This document shows positions 28,180 to 32,807 of a stretch of DNA of 32,807 nt, one piece after another. The position numbers and the translations under genes are program-made. Under the pieces are notes generated by a model. It ran no database searches. It was given only the letters and a program-made list of their open reading frames with translations, and was not told the origin of the DNA. The number at the start of each line of letters is the position of its first letter. Within the stretch, counting starts at the first letter, position 1. Origin of the DNA: Candidatus Eiseniibacteriota bacterium (GTDB lineage Bacteria > Arandabacterota > Arandabacteria > Arandabacterales > Arandabacteraceae); NCBI GenBank assembly GCA_043810925.1, contig JBDRNT010000070.1, forward strand, positions 1-32,807, read 5' to 3'.

Positions 28180-28866
28180 ATGGCGGACAAGCGACTGCGA
28201 CTCGTATTTCTGGGAGTGATCGTCGTCGCCGCCGTCATCATCATTCACTATTCCGGGGTGGATTTCAGGCAGTTCACTCCGACACGCATAAAGGAGTTTA
28301 TCAAGGACTTCGGTATGCTTGCCCCGCTTGTGTTCATAGCGATCTATGCCTCACGTGCCGTCATACTCGTGATTCCTGTGGGTATCGTTACGCTTGTCGG
28401 CGGTCTGGCATTCGGCAAGTGGTGGGGAACCGTCTACGTTCTGGCCGGGGCCACAATCGGCTCTACCCTTGCCTTCCTGATTGCCCGCTATTTCGGCCGT
28501 GGCTTCGTTGAGTCTTTTGAGTGGCTGCACAAGGGACGCATCAAGCAGTTTGATGACAAGGCGGCACAGGAGGGCTTCAAGCTCATGCTCTTTCTCCGGC
28601 TGATTCCGCTCTTCCAGTATGATGCCGTCAACTTCGGTGCGGGGCTTTCGAGGATAAAGCTCAGAGATTTCGTGCCGGCCTCGCTTATCGGCATGGCGCC
28701 CGGTGGCTTCATCGGAGCCACCCTTGGTTCGACACTGGAGAACGTTAAGTCGGTGCAGTTCTTCTTAGCACTCGGAGCCTTTGTCTTGCTAATCCTGGTC
28801 CCATTGATCTATAAGAGGATTAAGAAGAAGAGAGATGGGGGTGGGTCGGCTGAGAACCTTTCTTGA
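28180..28866 (+). CDS. TVP38/TMEM64 (DedA-superfamily, SNARE-associated) membrane protein
   Basis: Multiple TM segments. Motifs GGLAFG..WG, GATIGS..AF..ARYFGR, LRLIPLF.YD.VNFGAG. Start may be 28153, 28156 or 28180. Confidence 0.88.
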   Translation: MADKRLRLVFLGVIVVAAVIIIHYSGVDFRQFTPTRIKEFIKDFGMLAPLVFIAIYASRAVILVIPVGIVTLVGGLAFGKWWGTVYVLAGATIGSTLAFLIARYFGRGFVESFEWLHKGRIKQFDDKAAQEGFKLMLFLRLIPLFQYDAVNFGAGLSRIKLRDFVPASLIGMAPGGFIGATLGSTLENVKSVQFFLALGAFVLLILVPLIYKRIKKKRDGGGSAENLS

Positions 28867-29971
28867 GGAACTCGAAACCTGGGTCGAGTACAACCTCGCC
28901 AACTGCATAGGCGTGGACGAGTGCATGAAGGTATGCCCGGTGGTCGATCCCGATCTTCCGATAAGCGAGCTCAATGAAGCCACCCGTCCGGGTACACCCG
29001 TCCCACGTCACATAGCGAAATTCGCCACCGAGTGTATTCAGTGCGGCCGCTGCGATACGGTCTGCCCCACCTCAGCGGGCCGGTCGATCATGATGCTCTA
29101 TCTCAAGGCCAAACTGACGATATCGAAGCGCCAGCCACGGGCATACAAGAACTACCTGGCTCTCAAAGGGCATGATCGAAGTAGCCTCTTGATCGGGGTG
29201 TTCAATCTCTTTAACAAGCCGCGGATCAGGAGACTTGCCGGGCATGTCGACAAGCAAGACTTCCGACACGCGCCGCTACTTTTCTACTTTGGCTGCTATG
29301 TCTTCAGCCCGACCCGGTCCGCGGTAGACCTGATCGAGATCGCCGACAGGCTGGGGCTTGAATACGAAGTTCTTGCCGGGCTCAGGTCCTGCTGCGGATG
29401 GCCGCAGCTTCTTGCGGGATCTACGGACCGGGCCGAGGACTATCATGAGCACCTGCTTTCCCTGATCGAGAAATCTTCGCCACGTGAGGTCGTAACAGGC
29501 TGCGCGGAGTGCTTCGCGTCGCTTGTTAAGATCAAGCGCAAGTACAAAGCCGGTTTTGAGGTTCTGACGCCATCGATGTGGCTCTTACAGCATATCGACG
29601 GACTCGACATCAGGAAATCCAACGGGAAAGCGACCTATCATGACTCATGCCACATAAGCCGCAGGTTCCACCGGCCCGAGCCCGCAAGGGAGCTCCTGGC
29701 CAAGTTGGTCGACGTGGTTGAGATGGAACGCTCAGGAGCGCGCGATACCTTCTGTTGTGGTTACTGGGGTTTCAAGGCGAATTCCGACCAGCTTGAATCC
29801 GTCCATGCAGAGCGGTTTGCCGAGGCGCGGGGGACGGGGGCACGCAAGATGATTGTCGAGTGTGTGACATGCCTCGAATCGTTTGCCCTGCATCCCGACA
29901 ACGCCGTGGAGGTTCAGGACATTGTCGGGCTGGTCATCGAGAGGTCGCGTTTGATGAAGGATCTGCAATGA
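28835..29971 (+). CDS. HdrD/GlpC-like Fe-S oxidoreductase (4Fe-4S dicluster plus two CCG domains)
   Basis: CIGVDECMKVCP, CIQCGRCDTVCP, YFGC, CCGWP, TGCAEC, YHDSCH, CCGY, ECVTC. Confidence 0.85.
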   Translation: MGVGRLRTFLEELETWVEYNLANCIGVDECMKVCPVVDPDLPISELNEATRPGTPVPRHIAKFATECIQCGRCDTVCPTSAGRSIMMLYLKAKLTISKRQPRAYKNYLALKGHDRSSLLIGVFNLFNKPRIRRLAGHVDKQDFRHAPLLFYFGCYVFSPTRSAVDLIEIADRLGLEYEVLAGLRSCCGWPQLLAGSTDRAEDYHEHLLSLIEKSSPREVVTGCAECFASLVKIKRKYKAGFEVLTPSMWLLQHIDGLDIRKSNGKATYHDSCHISRRFHRPEPARELLAKLVDVVEMERSGARDTFCCGYWGFKANSDQLESVHAERFAEARGTGARKMIVECVTCLESFALHPDNAVEVQDIVGLVIERSRLMKDLQ

Positions 29972-31206
29972 GGATAGTGATCGTTGGTGCAGGTGTAGCC
30001 GGCATATCCGCAGCGGAGGAGCTGAGGCGGAGAGACTGCACGCTGGAGATTGCGATAGTCTCCGATGAGAAGTATTACTACCGGGCGGCGCTCTCCAAGT
30101 ACTTTCAGGGTGTGATTTCAAAGGATGAGGTGTGGGGCAAGCCGGACAATTGGTATGAGGCCAACGACATAAACCTCAGGCTCGGGAAGGCGATACGAAT
30201 CGACACTGAGAAAAAGCAGGTCGAGTGTGCCGGTGGTGACACCCTTCCTTATGACAGAATGCTTATCGCTACGGGGGCTGATCCATTTGTGGGCGATTGG
30301 CCGGGGCTTGATCTTGATGGCGTCTGCACTTATCGAGGGCTGGAATGCGTCGAGAAGTTCTTAAGATTCGTACGGGCAGGAGCGAAGCATGCCGTGGTCA
30401 TAGGCGGGGGAATCTTGAGTTTCGAGCTGATCGAAAACTTCCTAAAACTCGGGCTCAAAGTCACGTTTGTCGTGCGTGGCTCGCAACTTCTCAATCTCCT
30501 TTTCGATGATGTCGCGGCAGGTATCATCGAAAGCGACCTTCGCACTGCGGATGTCGACATGAAGTTCAACACGGAAGCAGAACGCTTTACCGGCGATAAC
30601 GGGCGAGTAACGGGTGTGGTCACCAAGGGCGGTGACACCATCGGCTGCGATATCGTAGCCGTAGCCGTCGGCATAAAGGCGGATGGGGGCCTGGCGGAAG
30701 GGAGCAACATCGCCTTCGATAGAGCCGTCATAGTTGATGAGTATCTCCGAACCAGTGCTCCTGACGTATATGCCGCAGGCGACTGCTGTGCGATCAAGAC
30801 CGGGGAGTCCGGGGCGCGGCCAACCAGAACATGGCTGACCTCGGCTTTGCAGGGTAGAAGGGCCGCAGGGAACATGCTGGGCGACGAGCGGGTTTTCGAT
30901 GAGGGCGTATTCTTCAATGTCAGCCATGTTTTCACATCATTCTATGGTGTGATAGGCGACTTCAATCCCCGGGACCCCGAAGGCTTTGAGTTCAAGAGCT
31001 GGCGCTTCTCCGAGAGCTCATACATGCGCTGGACGCTTAAAAGCGGGATCGCCGTGGGTGCGATCATTGTCAATGCTTCGCGTTACATCTGGCCGGTCAG
31101 ACAGATGATTGAAAGCGGCGTGGATGTCTCAGCTGTGGCCAAAGGCGATCCCTCGCCGGAAGAACTCAATCTGCTCCTGCCCCAGGCCGCCCAAACCCTC
31201 TTCTAA
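29968..31206 (+). CDS. NAD(P)/FAD-dependent oxidoreductase (rubredoxin/ferredoxin-reductase or NirB N-terminal type)
   Basis: ATGA overlap at 29968. Motifs IVIVGAGVAG, YYRAALS, YDRMLIATG, VIGGGIL..E, VDEYLRTS.PDVYAAGDC. Confidence 0.87.
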   Translation: MRIVIVGAGVAGISAAEELRRRDCTLEIAIVSDEKYYYRAALSKYFQGVISKDEVWGKPDNWYEANDINLRLGKAIRIDTEKKQVECAGGDTLPYDRMLIATGADPFVGDWPGLDLDGVCTYRGLECVEKFLRFVRAGAKHAVVIGGGILSFELIENFLKLGLKVTFVVRGSQLLNLLFDDVAAGIIESDLRTADVDMKFNTEAERFTGDNGRVTGVVTKGGDTIGCDIVAVAVGIKADGGLAEGSNIAFDRAVIVDEYLRTSAPDVYAAGDCCAIKTGESGARPTRTWLTSALQGRRAAGNMLGDERVFDEGVFFNVSHVFTSFYGVIGDFNPRDPEGFEFKSWRFSESSYMRWTLKSGIAVGAIIVNASRYIWPVRQMIESGVDVSAVAKGDPSPEELNLLLPQAAQTLF

Positions 31207-31209
31207 TAA

Positions 31210-31293
31210 TTTCGGTGACACCACACCTAATTATGCCTGAGTTTCGGTGACACCACACTTAATTACGCCTGAGTTTCGGTGACACCATACTTA
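31210..31293 (+). repeat. Tandem repeat of a 32-bp unit, about 2.6 copies
   Basis: tttcggtgacaccacacctaattatgcctgag (31210-31241), tttcggtgacaccacacttaattacgcctgag (31242-31273), tttcggtgacaccatactta (31274-31293). Each unit has a GGTG-A-CACC palindromic core. Confidence 0.92.
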
Positions 31294-31294
31294 G

Positions 31295-32807
31295 CCTCAA
31301 TGCGTCATAAATCCTGATACTTCGCTCACTTCATACTTGCAGAAAAGCCTCCCGCTGTGGGAAAAAGTAGGTATGGAAGCCAACTTTAAACCCACAACGA
31401 AAGGCCACTTACTATGAGATATAGAAAAGCCTCTTTGGGCGCTATTGTCAAGAACGATCTTCGAGTTGAGTTCACTGAGACGGGATTGAGTTCCCACGCA
31501 GGCCTTGAGCTTCTCATTCGCTACCTGCGCTGTATTGGCTTCAACGATCGGATTCGCCGCCACTTCAGAGGCATCTGGTTGGCCGGCGACTACGGTACGG
31601 TCGCCATGGTCCGAGTGGCGCTGGGGCTGTTGATCGTCGGTGGCAGGAGATTGCGTCACCTCGACTTCCTCCGCGGCGACGTTATCTTCGAGCGATTCTG
31701 TGGACTGACCGGGATACCGAGCCTTCGTACATTCAGCCGTTGGCTTGGACACTTCACAAACACATCGATTGCTCGGCTCCAGAAGATCAATGCCGAGGTG
31801 GTCGGTCGTGTGATCCAATCGCTCGCGCTTCGCACGCTCACCGTCGATGTCGATGGATCGGTCATCTCCACGGGGCATACCGCAGAGCGAGCCTTTCGGG
31901 GCTTCAATCCTCATCACCGCAAAGTTCCCAGCTACTATCCCATCACCGCCTATCTCGCCGAGACCGGCCAAGTCCTGCGGGTGAAGAATCGCTCCGGGAA
32001 TGTTCACGATGGCAAGTCCTCTCTCACGTTCCTGCGAGATCTCTTCCAGCAGATAGACGAAACTGGACATAACGGGTACCAACTGAATTTCCGCATGGAT
32101 GGGGCCTTTTTCCTGCGTCCTGTTGTTCGGTTGCTCCACTCTCGCGGTGCCGGCTATTGCATCAAAGTGCCGTTTTGGAGATGGCTCGATCTCACCTCGA
32201 TCATCAAGGCCCGCCGCCGATGGAAGCGTCTCCCCGCGGGAATGGGTTGCTTCGAGATCACTCTGCCCATCCACAAGTGGGGTATGGCCCTGCGGGTTGT
32301 GATTTATCGAAAACGCGTGTTGCATCGTTCACTCAAAAACTACCAACTTGATCTCTTCGACCCCGACGACGGCTACTACGAGTACAGCGCCATCGCCACC
32401 AACCTCGACTGGTCCCCCCGACATATCTGGAACTTCATGGCTGGGCGCGGCGAACACGAAAAAGTCATCGGCACCCTCAAAAGTCAACTTGCTTTCGACA
32501 CTGTTCCCACCCGCCGCTACGGGGCCAACAGTGCCTGGCAACAACTTGTTGCCATCGCTCACAATCTGCTTGTCGCCTTCCAGGTCGATACCGGAACATC
32601 TTGTCGGAATCGAACTGAGAAACGCACTTGCCTGTTCTTGTTGAAAACTCCTCAAACGCTTCGCTTCGAAATCTTCAATCGTGCCGGAAGACTCGTACGG
32701 CCTAACGGAGCTACTATCCTTCGCCTCTCACGAAACGAACGTCAGCGATCTCTCTTCAACCGCCTCGCCAGCGCCCTCAAAACAACTTGATTTTTGACGC
32801 ATTGAGG
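31295..32807 (+). mobile_element. IS1380-family insertion sequence, 1513 bp, complete
   Basis: 19-bp terminal inverted repeats cctcaatgcgtcataaatc (31295-31313) and gatttttgacgcattgagg (32789-32807), one mismatch. The single transposase has its stop overlapping the right repeat. Confidence 0.93.
31414..32790 (+). CDS. IS1380-family DDE transposase
   Basis: LSSHAGL, PSLRTFSRWL, TVDVDGSV, SYYPI, RSGNVHD, FRMDGAFF, TNL, RGEHEKVI..LK, AHNL. Confidence 0.92.
   Translation: MRYRKASLGAIVKNDLRVEFTETGLSSHAGLELLIRYLRCIGFNDRIRRHFRGIWLAGDYGTVAMVRVALGLLIVGGRRLRHLDFLRGDVIFERFCGLTGIPSLRTFSRWLGHFTNTSIARLQKINAEVVGRVIQSLALRTLTVDVDGSVISTGHTAERAFRGFNPHHRKVPSYYPITAYLAETGQVLRVKNRSGNVHDGKSSLTFLRDLFQQIDETGHNGYQLNFRMDGAFFLRPVVRLLHSRGAGYCIKVPFWRWLDLTSIIKARRRWKRLPAGMGCFEITLPIHKWGMALRVVIYRKRVLHRSLKNYQLDLFDPDDGYYEYSAIATNLDWSPRHIWNFMAGRGEHEKVIGTLKSQLAFDTVPTRRYGANSAWQQLVAIAHNLLVAFQVDTGTSCRNRTEKRTCLFLLKTPQTLRFEIFNRAGRLVRPNGATILRLSRNERQRSLFNRLASALKTT

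Noticed and set aside
22879-31206. Selenocysteine read-through in the Se-associated genes
   Set aside because: Every TGA stop falls at a natural family C-terminus or overlaps the next start, and no domain appears split by TGA.
31210-31293. CRISPR array
   Set aside because: The sequences between the conserved cores are about 10 bp and nearly identical, so there are no unique spacers. No cas genes are in the window.

Overview
A GC-rich bacterial window, probably from an anaerobic FCB-superphylum lineage. That placement is inferred from the T9SS/FlgD-type C-terminal sorting domains, a PorV-like gene and many Fe-S flavoproteins. From left to right it holds: (1) the 3' part of a large secreted protein and a PorV/PorQ-like gene; (2) a ~1.5 kb IS481-like element whose transposase has no stop codon of its own, with an acidic passenger ORF and an RBS-hiding hairpin; (3) a secreted subtilase and a TPR-CHAT protease; (4) a complete extended reductive pyrimidine catabolism cluster (mmsA, a ferritin-like unknown, nitrilase-type ureidopropionase, hydA, class III aminotransferase, preT, preA); (5) a secreted endonuclease I-type nuclease, a cyclophilin and asnS; (6) a second, single-chain PreT-PreA fusion with an altered active-site loop, translationally coupled to ssnA, followed by TIGR04283/TIGR04282-like transferases, a TVP38 membrane protein, a CCG Fe-S protein and an FAD oxidoreductase; (7) a 32-bp tandem repeat interrupted by a complete IS1380-family element that ends exactly at the window edge. 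The best candidate for an undescribed system is block 6: a DPD-like reductase sitting where YgfK normally sits, linked to a Se/As-associated transferase module. All family calls come from reading motifs; no database searches were run.
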